Shown here piece after piece: positions 1 to 13,499 of a stretch of DNA of 64,000 bases. Under the pieces are notes generated by a model, which made no database searches, was not told where the DNA came from, and saw nothing but the letters and a program-made list of their open reading frames with translations. Position numbers and translations under genes: made by a program. The stretch's first letter is position 1, and each line of letters begins with the position of its first letter. Source of the DNA: Squalus acanthias (Eukaryota); the NCBI GenBank assembly GCA_030390025.1, contig CM059431.1:104348001-104412000 (forward strand), in the 5' to 3' direction.

Positions 1-459
1 TACTTTCACCGAGATAACGGACGAGGTTAAAGAAGACAGCTGCCCCGCTACACCCTGAGAGATTGTGGAAATGTTAAAGCTGCTTTAGCATTAGAGAGAG
101 AGGGAGGATGGAAGGCTACTGAGAAGTTTGGTTTGCCAGAAGCCAGGGTATAAAGAAGGACTGTTTGACCCTGTAAAAGAAGAATAGTAAAGGCTGCAGT
201 CGGTGGGGAAGGAATGCACTGTCCAAGAAGAAAAAAAGATGTCAGGCGCGCTCCCCACAGACAAGGGCGTGATCATCCCTTTGTTTTGGGTGTTATACAG
301 ACGTTCCTTTTAAGGTTGTATTATTGTTAACTGTTTATTGAATAATTGGACTAAGTAATAAAGCATCGTTGACTTTACCAATACCTTGACTTATGTTTGT
401 GATTGATCTTCCCTTTGGGTTTGAACCTAAAATCTATAGACGTTAGAGCGAAATCCTAC
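1..459 (+). mobile_element. Possible 3' part of an LTR, cut by the window edge
   Basis: AATAAA near 357 and a ...CCTACA terminus at 459, like the solo LTR ends elsewhere in the window. The 5' end and TSD are not visible. Confidence 0.35.
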
Positions 460-1022
460 AAAGTGGGTAAAATCCTAGTGATGTATCACACGATTAGCTG
501 CCACACTTACTGCTGGGGAATCTGTAAAGTCAGTTATCACCGAGTGCTGATACAAACTGTGCTATACTTGGATAAATTAGGAAACATCTCTGTGGGTCAA
601 CTGAGAAAACTGGGTTGATGCCGACAAACTATAATTGTATTTGTACATAAAGCACCAGGTTACTGGCCCAGAATTTGCACCTCACGGCGTGCCCTGTTGG
701 TTAGACTTGTTCCTGTGCCCTTCAGCTGAAAACATTTTTGACCACAAAGTCGCTGGAAGGGCGAGCGGACAACGGGGCGTCTGGGACCTCGGTGGATGAC
801 GGGACCAACAGTCTATCTCCTTAACCCCGTGGGAGTTAAGGACACAGGAACAAGTTGTTGGAGGAGAAATTAGGGTGAATTAGAGTCAAATCAGGTACAG
901 AAAGAGAAATAAAGAGAGGGAAAGAAAGATTGGATTAATAGAGAGATAGAGAGAAGAGACAGAAAGGAAAAGTAAGAGAAAACTGTAAAAATGTAAAATT
1001 TGAGATTTTTAAAATCTCCAGC

Positions 1023-2910
1023 TGTGAAGGAATAAGCCATATAACCTATTCAGAAAAATACACTGGGGCAGAAATTCGGGTCTCCACGGGTGAGTACGCG
1101 CTGTGTACTCACCCGTAGGGCCACCGGAAGTGCCGGTTTCACGCATGCACTGCACATGCGCGGGAAATCGGAACTTCCGGTCTCGTGAAAGAAGGGGTTC
1201 GAGGGTCAACCGCGTGCGCCGGAGAGGCAGCGCGCACGCAGCGAACTTCAGGTTTCTCCGTGAGGGTAAGAACGGAGAAGCTGCGCAGGAAAAAAGGAGG
1301 CGCAAGGCCTGCTTTTAACAAGGTAAGTGGTGAATTAAGTAGAATTTAAACATTTTTTCAACAGGTTTATCTTTTTTACATACTTTAAAGAAAGGTAAGT
1401 TTATTTTTAGCACCGTTAAAAAGTGTAATTAATTTTTCAAAAATTTAAATTTTTGTTTAAAGTAGTTAATTTATGTAATTTATAGTTATTTTAAAAATGT
1501 GATGTTTCTTTTTAATTTATTTGAAGTTTAAGTGAGGTTTTGGGGCCGATCTCTATTCATAGATTTAACAGGTCTTCCTGTCAAAATCTATGAATGGAGA
1601 TTCCCTGCTCCGATTGGCTCTCCATGGCCCACGTGATCCCAGGAGACGCTTCGAACTAACTGCGCCCCTGGGATACGCAAGCACTGTGCGCTGGCAGCTG
1701 CAGGAGGCGCAGGAGCCGAAGTCCACGCGGACCCGAAGCACAACGGCAGGCGCGGTAGGTAAGTACGCGCGCGATCCTTGCACCCGCGGGAAGACGGAGA
1801 GCCGAATTTCTGGCCCACTATCTTATGAAATAATTCTGGCCTTATTAAAGCATGACAAACTGGGTTTGGAAATTTAGAAACCTAACTATGAAGTAGCTAT
1901 GAAAGCATTCTGGCTATTGAGATAAGACAGTTGTTGACCCTGAATAAATAACCTTATTGAAACAGAAGGTGAAGGGCTCTGACAAGCTGAACTTTTGGGA
2001 ACAAAACAATGGTTACCCTGGATAAGGTGTTCTAATTTACACTTCGTAAAGATGCACATAAGATAAGGAACATCAGCCCTCGTAAAGATGACATAAAGTA
2101 AGGAACACCTGCTGTCACACCATTTTATATGGTAAACTTAGAACACCTAGAGATGAGACATGATTCTGGCTGAGGTGGCAGTAAGAATTGCAGAGGTCGG
2201 CAGAAAAATGACAAGAGATAATTAGCTTGCATCAGCAGAAAACCTTAAAAGAAATACCACTGGAAAAGGGTATAAATATTGAACTCTCAAATGGGATAAC
2301 AGACTCGCTTTAATCGGGCAAAGCGATTCTCGGCTTCAGAGGTGGCTCTGTAGTTTACCACTCTTTGTACCTCGGGGATCAAAAGTATTTGATGGATATC
2401 CTGTATAAGAACTTTAAGAACTGTAATATTGTAGTGAAGTTAAGATTTAAAAGTAAGATTCTCTGTTAATAATAAGATAGCATTTTTTCTCTTTTTAGAA
2501 CGGTTAATGTTGCGATTGACTGATTCACTCACTGTAAATTGCATGTCAGTTCTTTAATAAATCTATATATTTTTAGAATTGTCTCACATAAGACTTCTGT
2601 CTCAAAAACTCGCGAACTCAATCTCTGTACACTCTTTGGTGAGGAGCTGCAGAATTCTGAGGGAGTTTTTCGGACCCTCATAATATCCAGGACGTTACAG
2701 TCTAGCTAAACTTATTAAAAGTGCTATCTGGAGGACGGTAACATTCTCGGGTTGTTCCTTTCCTTTAGGGAGAGATAGCCTGGACCATTAGACCCAATTA
2801 AGCGTCTTTAAGACTCGGCTACCTCAAACTTTATTTGAAAGTGAACGTCTGAGAAATACGCCTGATCCGGGGTAGCCCCAAAGAGGCTAGGACTAGTAAA
2901 TATCCCTTCA
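1023..2910 (+). mobile_element. Solo LTR (about 1.1 kb without the nested MITE)
   Basis: TGTGAAGG...CCCTTCA termini; 4-bp TSD CAGC (1019-1022 and 2911-2914); TATAAATA near 2271; AATAAA near 2556. Confidence 0.8.
1065..1816. mobile_element. Harbinger-type MITE (family B) nested in the solo LTR
   Basis: TIR GGGGCAGAAATTCGG / CCGAATTTCTGGCCC; perfect 3-bp TSD ACT; AT-rich core; close inverted copy at 44499-45250. Confidence 0.85.
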
Positions 2911-3378
2911 CAGCAACAATTCACTACCTGAAGGAATAAGACTCCACATTTTTAATTGTTCACTTTCTGAGCCAGTGAGGTTGATTGGCAGTCATCAACA
3001 ATTATCATGTCTTTAAAAGGGTACTTACGTTGTTAATTATGAAACTTAATTATTTGTGGCGAGTTTAAGGGGCAATCAATGTGCAAATGCAGCAACTTCA
3101 TGAAAATGGCGGGGAGGTTGAGGGCGAGGCACAAAGCTATCGTTCAGCAACTTGTGGCGATCTGCAGTTCACGGGGTATCTCTTCTTCGTCACGAGTTGC
3201 TGGCCGATTTGCATGTTAATAACGCCATGCATCGTTCACGTACTGCTATTTGTTTTAGCAAATCCTGGGCTAATATTTTTTTTGATGGACCACCTCAACC
3301 AAGTTTTAACAGCTGGTGGTTATGGAAACGTGTCATTCAGAAGAACAGAAGGAAAAGTCAAGAATGAGAAAAGACATT

Positions 3379-4100
3379 GGCCCAGATATTGCGCGCCTGA
3401 TGATGGCATGCACTCAGCCTATGCTGTCGGAGGCCTTCAGAAAGGACCCCACAAGTTCAGGTTTTCACACGCACTGCGCATGCACGAAAACCCAGAACGT
3501 GCGATCTGCCAAGGTTTGCCTTGATAGATCATCCGCACCCACTGAAAAATCACTTTCACTGCCGCAGATTTGAGCTATTTGCCCAACTACTGCCCAGCAA
3601 ATGCCCATGAAACCCTTATGCCTGGCGAAAGCGGGAGCAGGGCCTGCTTTCACCAGCATAAGAGTTAATATAAATGTTACATTAAAAATTTAAAAATCAC
3701 GCACAAACATTTAAAATTTGTTTATGTAAATTTTGGCCCAAATTAAAATATTTAAAATTACTTTTCAAAAAATTACATTTTTCTTGTACATGATTTATTG
3801 AAGGGACTTTTAAATTAATTTGAAAATGGGAACATTTAGTTTTATTCCAGTTGTATAAATGATTTAATTATTTGGGGATTCTTAATATGCTTCCGTTCGT
3901 AAATGGAATCCCCATAACCATATGAGGAATCCCTCTTTCTGATAGGAGGACCTTGGCCACGGGCGGTTCGGAAGCGTCCCTGGGATCCGTGGGCCTTTAC
4001 GTAGGTGCGCGCCCACGGGCCCAGGACCCAAAGTCTCCGTAGCCCAGGAGCCTGAAGGTAAGTGCGGATATTTTTATCATGTCGGAGGCGTATTCCGCAG
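3379..4100. mobile_element. Family B-related MITE with one end degraded
   Basis: Starts GGCCCAGATATT and has the same GC arm / AT core / GC arm layout as 39822-40567. Confidence 0.65.
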
Positions 4101-4655
4101 TCAGTCTATTACAGCTCATCCCTTTAAAACCCTAACTCGCATCCACTTACATTTTAAAAGCTCATAATGTCCTTGACTCTCTGTTTTCTGTAAATTATTC
4201 CAAATGTTTATCACCTTTGAGTAAAGATTTTTTTTCCAATTATCTGTTTTTAATTTATTTTTCACCAATTTCAGCTGCCAAGCATCACCAATGTAATTTG
4301 ATGTCTTCTTGTTCTGCTGACCTTGAAGTAATATGCAATGTTCACCATATTACATCATTTACTACTTCACATATCTCGATGAGATCCCATTGAACCTTCC
4401 ATCTATACTGTAGAGTTTAAGCTTCTCTAATCTTTGCTCAGAGCTCCGCACATTTTTACTTGGTTCAAGGAAGATTTTCTCCGTGTTCTGTTTATAGCAA
4501 AATTGTAAGTGCATTCTTTAATAATAAGGTTATATTTTCTTTGTATGTAGCAGATATAAGATGTCTCCTCCAAGGATCATTCATGTTGTTTTTATCTGCA
4601 AGCTTCAAGTGTGAGTATGTCTCTTTTGATGATTGTCCTAAATTGTACACAGTAC

Positions 4656-5126
4656 ACAGCATCGAAGCTTTGACCACGCTCAATCAGGCCACATCGTCTG
4701 CATGCCTGATACGAGACTCCAAAAACAAGCGCTCTACTCGGAGCTCCGACACGGCAGGAGAGCCCCAGGTGGGCAGAGGAAACGCTTCAAGGACACCCTC
4801 AAAGCCTCCTTGAAAAAATGCAACATCCCCACCGACACCTGGGAATCCCTGGCCCAAGACCGCACAAAGTGGAGGAGAAGCATCCGGGAAGGCGCCGAAC
4901 ACCTCGAGTCTCTTCGCCGGGAGCAAGCGGAAGCCAAGCGCAAACAGCGCAAGGAGCGCACGTCAACCCAAGCACCCCACCCACTCGCCCCTTCAACCAC
5001 CGTCTGCCCCACCTGTGACAGAGACTGTAGGTCCCACATTGGACTCATCAGTCACCTGAGAACTAATTTTTAGCGTGGAAGCAAGACATCCTCAGTTCCG
5101 AGGGACTGCCTAAGAAGAAGAAGAAG
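4656..5126 (+). mobile_element. 5'-truncated RTE-clade LINE 3' end
   Basis: ORF 4702-5073 contains MPDTRLQKQALYSEL...GGQRKRFKDTLK...WESLAQDRTKWR and a C2H2-like CPTC..HIGLISHLR; (AAG)n tail; TSD ACACAGTAC on both sides. Confidence 0.88.
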
Positions 5127-5159
5127 ACACAGTACTCTAAGTTTGGTCTGACCAAAGTT

Positions 5160-5462
5160 TGGATCCCTCCAAAACCTCTGCGCTCCACCCATTCTTTCAG
5201 TCCACTATTGCCAGCCGTGCCTTCAGCTGCCTAGGCCCTAGGCGCTGGAATTCCCTCCCTAACCCTCTCCGCCTCTCTACCGCTCTCTCCTCCTTTATGG
5301 CGCTCCTTAAAACCTATCTCTTTGACCAAGCTTTTGGTCACCTGTCCTAATATCTCCTTCTGTGGCTCGGTGTCAAATTTTGTTTGATAATCGCTCCTGT
5401 GAAGCACCTTGGGACATTTTACTACGTTAAAGGCGCTATATAAAGGCAACTTATTGCTGTTG
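5160..5462 (+). mobile_element. L2-clade LINE 3' end
   Basis: RAFSCLGPRRWNSLP..LR...FMALLKTYLF terminus and GGCGCTATATAAA tail; several copies in the window. Confidence 0.8.
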
Positions 5463-6598
5463 ACCAGTGCTGTATAGATCGTCACCACAATCTCTGTACA
5501 TTTATATTCGATTGCTCTGGCTGTGCATCTCAAATTGTTTCTCCAGACTGTCTCACTGTTGATAGTGATGAATCTACAGTTGCTCTTGGATGTAAATCTT
5601 CCAGTGCTAATTTTATTCCCTTCATTGCATACCACCGTTGCATATTTTTTTTTCAGCCAGTATGAAACACTACATTTGTCAGCATTACATTTAATTTGCC
5701 ATTTGTCTCCCAATTGGGTAATTGATCGAAATCCTTTTGCAGAGTGTTCACTGCAACCTTCATCCATCCTGCTCGCCCTATGACTGCAAATTGAACCAGC
5801 TTGGTATCTGTATTCAGGTCATTCATATAAATAGTATACAATAGAGTCCAATCCCACTTATCGTACTGCACTCAACACCACTCCCCACTCTAACACTACC
5901 TCTTTCACAAGATTTAAGTTGAAGTCCTATCCTGGCTCCACTATTTTTTATCCATTTTGTTAACCTGCCCCATTCTCAAACCAGTGTCCTTATAGTTATT
6001 AGTTTGATGAGTAATCTGTCATGGTGGACCTTCTCGAATTTCTCTCTGAAAGTACAAGTAAGTACTATCACGGGAATTCCACAACCCTCTTTTTCTGCAA
6101 TGTTCTCGAGGATTTGTCGTGCCGAACATTCTCCTTCTAAGTTTATCCTGATGGTTTCTCCTTAACATACTGCTGTACAGGCATTCTTCCAGACAGCTCT
6201 TTGGAATTGCTACCATTATTTAGCCCACTATCAGTCTTACTGGTTTGTCATTCCCAGGATCAGATTTGTCACCCTTTTTAAATGTAGGTGCTATGATTGA
6301 TTGTTTCCAATCTATTCCTCAGACAGTATGACTAGCTGGGGGGAAAAAAAAACATTCCCAAGGGAAGTTATTGCAGCAACATGTCACCTGCACTTCATAC
6401 CAGCGGTTTCCTCTGATTGGACTTGCTAGACGTATCATGTCATCAGGTTCTGAACAAAAAGTCGGCTTAGTTATTCAAACAGACATGGTAACAGTTTTTG
6501 CTGATGCAGTTCTGGTGCTTAGCAATATCAATTGTAGTTTTTTTAAGCATATATGTCACAATAGGATATGCAGCGCAATAGTCATTATCAAAGGTAAT

Positions 6599-7287
6599 GA
6601 CCCGGATTTTTGCTCTCAGCGGCAAAGGAACCTTTTTTGACTAATCCCATATCTGATCCAGCGTGGCATCCTTTACAGCGGATCTGTGGCGTCTGTGAGC
6701 AGGTAAAGCAGCAGAGAGGCTCTTCAGCCAATGAGATTGAAGAATCCTCACTGAGACACGCAGACTGCAAACCAGGATGTAAAAAAATCAGGAAATCTAA
6801 ATGACATTTAAATGATTGTACAAGAACAAAATAAAGATTGGGACATACAGATGGGATTAAGGGAGAGAGATTAAAGAGGAAAAAAATAGAAAAACTATTT
6901 TTTTTTTAAATTTTCTTCTGAGGGAATGAGCCTCTGCACTTGAAAGATTAATTTTTCAGGGCCAGAGAGGTTGTTCAGCAGTAATTATCACCTATCATGC
7001 CGTTACCAACTCACTTACTCCTGAATGCACTAGCCCTAACGTTTTTCAGCCATCTCTAGTGCGGAACTAGCGGGTAAGTACCCTAAGTTCACGCCATTGC
7101 AGTGACTTCAGTGCCGAGCCTGGCGGTGAGGACTGCAATGGCGCACCCTGTGGAGGAGCGGGGTATCTCTGACAGCATCTTCTGGATTTCCGCGTTTAAC
7201 TGCGTGCGTGCGTTGCTGTCAGATTGACCCTGTAATAACGGCGAACGCTGACAGCCTCACTGTTATTATTACAGCAAAATCTGGGCC
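6599..7287. mobile_element. Family A-related TIR element
   Basis: Ends GACCCGGATTTT / AAAATCTGGGCC, flanks AAT/ATT; similar to 45290-46880 in reverse. Confidence 0.65.
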
Positions 7288-8496
7288 ATTAACTCTAGAG
7301 GGGGATAAAATAGTCAGACGGTCATTAATATCATGTAGCATTGCAAATTAGGGTGCTGATGCTGGGAGAGCATGTGTTAGAAGGAAAACTTTTCTAGTTG
7401 ATGTACTCTGATTTTTGAATCGCTGTTTATAAATGGTCTATGTATATCAATCATTTACTGTGAATAAAGCAATCATTATAATTCTGAAAGTACCATTTTG
7501 GTGAACTTAGAATACATTGCCCTTGAAAAGTTATCTGCAGCTCTGAAGGCTATTCGAAGAGTTATGATATTTGAGCAGAAATGAGATTAAATCTAATTGG
7601 AAATATATCTATCAATGAGGACATAGGCGGATGATGGAAAAAAGCATCCTTCAGCAATTTCACTACCACTTTCAGCATAGATAGGGGTCTGTGCTCGCAA
7701 AGAACATAAATATCCCTTGCCTGGAAATTGGGACAACTTGGCAAAATTCCAGGACCCTGTTATCTTAGTGCCTATCAAGAAATTGACAAAAAATAATGTG
7801 TGAAAGACTTAACGACTTGAAGGATAGATTTCAGGAACATAACACCCATGATGTCAACTGCTATAGGAAATATCTGACAGGTCAAGAAAATCATGGTTAC
7901 GACTTACTGAAACTAATATTTTAGTGCAGTTTGTTAAAAGCTCCAATATAATCAGTCTTCGGCTTACCAAGTAAGGTTAATGGGACATAGCTGATGCTTC
8001 ACCATAAATATTACAGCAATGGTATAAAAATGTAAATGTCATCGTTATTAAAGACAATTAAAGTAGCTCAAGGACAAACAGAGGATTGGGTGGAGAAGTC
8101 TCTCCTTTTACCTCTCGCCAACGTACAATGATTTCCTGAAAGGATATTGTATGTCTTCTTGGCGTAGTCGTATTCAACCAGTACAGGACGGCTTTGTTTT
8201 CGTATATTTACATAAACGAGTTGGACGCGGGAATCGGAAGTACAATTTCAAAATCTGCGGATGACACCAAATTGGGGGGTGAGGAGGACAGCGACAAACT
8301 ACAGGAAGACATTAATAAACTTGCAGAATGGGCGTGTAATTGGCAAATGAACTCCAATATAGAGAAGTGTGAGGTAGGACATTTTGGTAGGATGAATAAG
8401 GCGGCCACATACTCCTTGTAAAATAAGCATCTAAACGGGGTAGAGGCACAGAGGATCTGGGGGTACAAATATACAAATTACTAAAAGTAGCAACGC

Positions 8497-8810
8497 TACA
8501 ACAACCAACAGCTTGTATTTATATAGCGCCTTTAATGTAGTAAAACGTCCCACAGCGCTTCACATGAGCGATTATCAAACAAAATTTGACACCGAGCCAC
8601 ATAAGGAGATATTGGGGCAGATGACAAAAAGCTTGGTCAAAGAAGTAGGTTTAGAGGAGCATCTTAAAGGAGGAAAGAGAGGTAGAGAGGCGGAGCGGTT
8701 TAGGCAGGGAATTCCAGAGCTTAGGGCCTTGGTAGCTGAAGGCACGGCCACCAGTCGTGGAGTGATTAAAATCGCGGATGCTCAAGACGCCAGAATTAGA
8801 GGAGTGCAGA
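8497..8810 (-). mobile_element. L2-clade LINE 3' end
   Basis: Reverse strand GGRAFSYQGPKLWNSLPKPLRLS and (TTG)n-like tail. Confidence 0.8.
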
Positions 8811-9082
8811 TAATAAGGCCATAAAAAAGCAAACAAACACTGGGGTTCATTTCTAGAGAGCTAGAATTGAAAAGCAGAGAAGTTATGTTAAACGTGTATT
8901 GAACCTTGGTTAGCCCACACTTGGAGTACTGAGTTCCGGTCTCCATATTATAAAAAGGATATAGAGGCACCGGAGAAGGTGCAAAAAAGATTTACTAGAA
9001 TGATGCCAGAACTGAGAAGTTAGACCTATCAGAAAAGATTGAACAGGCTGGGGCTCTTTTCTCTGGAAAAGAGAAGGCTGAG

Positions 9083-11492
9083 GAGTTCATAGAGTGTATC
9101 TGGGATGGTTTTCTAGAACAGTGTGTAATGGAACCAACCAGGGAGCAGGCTATCTTGGCTCTGGTACTGTGTAATGAGACAGACTTAATAAATGATCTCA
9201 TAGTAACGGATCCTCTAGGAAAGAGTGATCATAACATGGTTGAATTTCAAATTCAGTTGGAGGGTGAGAAAGTTGTATCTCAAACCAGTGTCCTGATCTT
9301 AAACAAAGACCATTACAATGGCATGAGGGCAAAACTGGCTAAAGTGGGCTGGAAAAATAAATTAAAAGGTAAGACAGTTGAAATGCAGTGGCGGACATTT
9401 AAGGAGATATTTTATAACTCTCAACACAAATATATTCCAGTGAGAAAGAAAGATTTTAAGAGAAGGGAGCACTATCCATGGCTAACTAAGGAAGTAAAGG
9501 ATGGTATCAAATTAAAAATGAAGGCATACAATGTTGCCAAGATTGGTGGGAGGCCAGAGGATTGGGAAGTTTTTAGAAAACAGCAAAGGATGACTAAAAA
9601 AATAATAAAGAGAAAGACGATGAATTATGAGAGTAAACTGGCAAGAAATACTAAAACAGATAGTAAGAGCTTCTACAGGTATATAAAAAGGAAGAGAGTA
9701 GCTAAAGTAAATGTTGGTCCCTTAGAGGATGAGAATGGGGAATTAATAATGGGGAACAGGGAAATGGCAAAGACTCTGAACAAATATTTTGTATCTGTCT
9801 TCACTGTAGAAGACACTAACAACATCCCAATAATGGACAATCAAGGGGCCACAGGGAGGGGGGAACTAATGACAATCACTTTCACTAAGGAGAAAGTACT
9901 TGGTAAAATAATGGGACTAAAAGACGACAAGTCCCCTGGACCAGATGGCCTGCATCCCAGGGTCTTAAAAGAAGTGGCTGCAGAGATAGTGGATGCATTG
10001 GTTACAATATACCAAAATTCCCTGGACTCTGGAGAGGTCCCAGAGGATTGGAAAACCACAAATGTAACACCCCTATTTATGAAAGGAGGGAGACAGAAAG
10101 CAGGAAACTATAGACCAGTTAGCCTAACATCTGTCATTGGGAAAATGCTGGAGTCCTTCATTAAGGACGCATTAGCAGGACATTTGGAAAATCATAATGC
10201 AGTCAAGCAGAGTCAGCATGGTTTTATGAAAGGGAAATCATGTTTAACAAATTTGCTGGAGTTCTTTGAGGAAGTAACGAGCAGGGTGGATAAGGGTGAG
10301 CCAGTGGATGTGGTGTATTTGGATTCGATAAGGTGCCACATAAAAGATTACTGCATAAGATAAGAGCTCACGGAGTTGCAGGTAATATATTAGCATGGAT
10401 AGAGAACTGGCTAACTAACAGAAAGCAGAGAGTCGGGATAAATGGGTCATTTTCCGGTTGGCAAACGGTAACTAGTGGGGTGCCACAGGGATCGGTGCTG
10501 GGGCCTCAACTATTTACAATCTACATTAATGACTTGGATGAAGGGACCGAGTGTAATGTAGCCAAGTTTGCGGATAATACAAAGATGGGTGGGAATGCAA
10601 GTTGTGTAGAGGACTCAAAGAATCTGCAAAGGGATATAGGCAGGCTAAGTGAGTGGGCAAACATTTGGCAGATGGAGTATAATGTGGGAAAGTGAGAGGT
10701 TATCCACTTTGGCAGGAAAAATAAAAAAACAAATTATTATTTAAATGGAGAGAGATTACAAAATGCTACAGTTCAGAGGGACCTGGGGGTCCTTGTGCAT
10801 GAAACACAAAAATTAGCATGCAGGTGCAGCAAGTAATCAAAAAGGCAAATGGAATGTTGGCCTTTATTGTAAGGGGATTGGAGTATAAAAGCAGGGAAGT
10901 CCTACTACAACTGTACAGGGTATTGGTGAGACCACACCTTGAGTACTGCATACAGTTTTGGTCTCCTTATTTAAGGAAGGATATACTTGCATTGGAGGCA
11001 GTTCAGAGACGATTCACAAGGTTGATTCCTGAGATGAAGGGTGTTGACTTATGAAAAAAGGTTGAGTAGGCTGGGCCTATACTCATCGGAATTTAGAAGA
11101 ATGAGAGGTGATCTTATTGAAACATAAGATACTGAGGGGGCTTGACAAGGTAGATGCAGAGAGGATGTTTCCCCTCGTGGGGAACTCTAGAACTCGGGGA
11201 CATTGTTTTAGAATAAAGGGTTGCCCTTTTAGAACTGAGATGAGGAGGAATTTCTTCTCTCAGAGGGTCGTAAATCTGTGGAATTCTCTGCCCCAGAGAG
11301 CCGTGGAGGCTGGGTCATTAAATACATTTAAGGTGGAGATAGACAGATTTTTACAAGATAAGGGAGTGAAGGGTTATGGGGAGTGGGCAAGGAAGTGGCT
11401 TTGAGCCCAAGATCAGCCATGATCTTATTGAATGGCGGAGCAGGCTCGAGAGGCTAAGTGGCCTATTCCTGCTCCTATTTCTTATGTTCTTA
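9083..11492 (+). pseudogene. 5'-truncated CR1 LINE ORF2 (end of endonuclease plus reverse transcriptase), frameshifted
   Basis: ORFs 9128-10363, 10333-10695, 10818-11054 and 11108-11404 contain GKSDHN, KSPGPDGLHPRVLKE, NYRPVSLTS, GVPQGSVLGP and KFADNTK; TTCTTATG repeat tail. Confidence 0.93.
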
Positions 11493-12359
11493 TGACCTGC
11501 TGGAGAGATCTTTAAGATTATGAAAGGGTTTGATAGAGAAGATGTTTCCACTTGTGGGTGAGACCAGAACTAGGGGCCATAAATATAAGATAGTTACTAA
11601 TATATCCAACAGGAAATTCAGGAGGACCTTCTTTACCCAGAGAGCGGTTAGAATGTGGAACTCACTACCACAGGGAGTAGTTGAGGCGAATAGCATAGAT
11701 ACATTGAAGGGGAAGCTAGATAAACACATGAGGGGGGGAGGAATAGAAGGATATGCTGATAGGGTGAGATGAAGAAGGGTGGGAGGAGGCTCGTGTGGAG
11801 CATAAACGCCGGCAAGGACCAGTTGAGCTGAATGGCCTGTTTCTGTGCTGTAAACACTTTGTAATACATTGATTGGATGCTACCTGGCCACAGAAGATTA
11901 ATAATTTTGACTAGTTGTTGTTCTAAAATATTAAAAAGGTTGATGGTGGAGCAGATATGGATAAGCTACATTCATAGTATTGCGCATAGGCATGACTGCT
12001 TATGATTCAATAATTATAAATCAGCATATGCTGAGCAGTAATAATAATTATAAACATAAAGAAAAGGACACAAAGTAACAGGAGCCATGGTTACCTCTCG
12101 GAAAAAAATAGCCGAGATGTCCAATTTTCATTGAAATGTATGACTTGTTAATAAAATCGCAGAAATGCGCAGTTTATAGACATGCAATTTCTCAAATGAG
12201 ATTTAATTAGCAGGAAGAAAGAAAAAAAAAGTCGCCAATCACAGGGCACCTGCATTAATGACCCTTTAACGCCTCCCGAACAGATAATGATCCACTTAAC
12301 GGGTATAAATGTCAAAAAGCAATTTTTATGAAAAATGGATTGATGCTAACCGCCTGTTT

Positions 12360-12560
12360 TTACAGATTAGACTTTGGAGGCAATGGTCACCTGTTGGCTG
12401 GAACAAGCTGTGGAGGAGCAGAAGCCTCCAGCAAGGCAAAGGCAATAGCATAGCAGGATGTCATGGAAGGAATCAACGTGATTGCAGTGACTCTGCAGAT
12501 CTTATGGTTGGTCTGCAAAATGTTATATGATCACAAAATAGCATAAAGATAAGTGATGAA
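12360..12560 (+). pseudogene. Highly degenerate Harbinger Myb/SANT exon-1 remnant
   Basis: Manual translation gives TLEAMV...IA*QDVMEGINVIAVTLQILWLVCKMLYDHKIA*R, loosely aligning to VWREVAQSVSSRSMVPRTHVQCRKKFNDLTRVVR of the 29.7 kb element. Confidence 0.4.
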
Positions 12561-12895
12561 AACTACTACAAAGTACCAGCACAAGGGTATATGGAGGGGA
12601 AGGACCATAGCCGTAAAATGTACATTCAAGAATAGCTGTGCTGACGTGGAAAGGTGTTATTATTGGATGTAATGGGTAAGGTTGGAGGAATGAATATAGG
12701 AGGGCTATGCAAATTATATTATGCGATCGCCCTGTCTCAATCCACAAGTTTAAAAGAGAAACTGGTGTAAAGTCAGAGGTGACAGCACCCAACAGTTACT
12801 GGAGCCCTGGTCAAGAAACAGCCTTATGCTTCAGAGAAAAAAACATTGTCAATTTATCCGAGAGTGAAAGCTTGGAAGACTTGGGACCTTTGCAA

Positions 12896-13465
12896 GGGGG
12901 AAAAATTCGGTTGGTTAGCGCTTCCCGTTAGTGCCTTCGGGGGGGGGGTGGGGCGCTAACGGGGCGCTAGGAACTTAGCGCCCGAGCGCGGTGATTTTAG
13001 CGCCGCTCGCGAAATTGACCAGTCGTTTTGCGGCAGCGTTAAACAATACCGCCACGATCTCCTGTGCCCGCAGATCGTGACATGAGTCGAGCGTGCAACG
13101 CCCCCGTAACGTGCCGGAACGGATATTGAGTCGCTCCTCCTGCCTTAGCGCCTGCCACTAGGAATAACAGGTAGAGGGGGAACGTTTTCAAGTCGGGAAG
13201 GGGCTGGGGGAGCGCTATTTAAAGGTGTGCGCTTCCTGACTTTTCTTGTCAGCAAAACTTTTGGTACATGCAGGTTGAGAGGGAGAGAGACGTCTGGAGA
13301 GATTTAACGCTGTCCGAAGGAGTTTTGGTCCTCAGCACCACTTTTGAGGATCCTACGCGCCGAGCTCTTTCCCTGGGCCTATCCATTAGTGCTTCCAACA
13401 CAGTTGCTTTAGAATTCTCTCCAGGCTGAGATTTAAAGCTGCAATGAGCAGGGTGTGGCTGGCTA
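12896..13465 (+). mobile_element. Internally deleted Harbinger derivative (one end only)
   Basis: TIR GGGGGAAAAATTCGGTT plus about 500 bp similar to 29724-30480, joined to CTCTCCAGGCTGAGATT..GCTGCAATGAGCAGGGTGTGGCTGG, which matches 33810-33855. Confidence 0.8.
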
Positions 13466-13499
13466 GATCATAACAACTCGCTGCGTAAAAAAATATTCC

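Larger units (their letters stand above)
665..3271. mobile_element. Non-autonomous TIR element (family A), split by a solo LTR at 1023-2910
   Basis: Ends GGCCCAGAATTTGC / GCAAATCCTGGGCT. Removing 1023-2910 restores colinearity with the copy at 55871-56606. Confidence 0.75.
4101..6320 (-). mobile_element. Old degenerate CR1 LINE (RT region), interrupted by RTE and L2 pieces
   Basis: Minus-strand remnants YMNDLNTDTKLVQFA and WQIKCNADKCSV resemble the CR1 RT motifs in the younger copies. Confidence 0.65.
8190..11870 (+). mobile_element. CR1 LINE 3' portion hosting nested L2 (8497-8810) and CR1 (about 9083-11492) insertions
   Basis: YINELDAGIGSTISKSADDTKLGG RT motif. The sequence breaks at ...AGAAGGCTGAGG (9082) and resumes at TGACCTG (about 11492), continuing to a CR1 3' tail. 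Confidence 0.8.

Noticed and set aside
7562..7722. Possible minus-strand terminal exon after TTTCCAG
   Set aside because: No recognisable product in any frame and no convincing partner exon.
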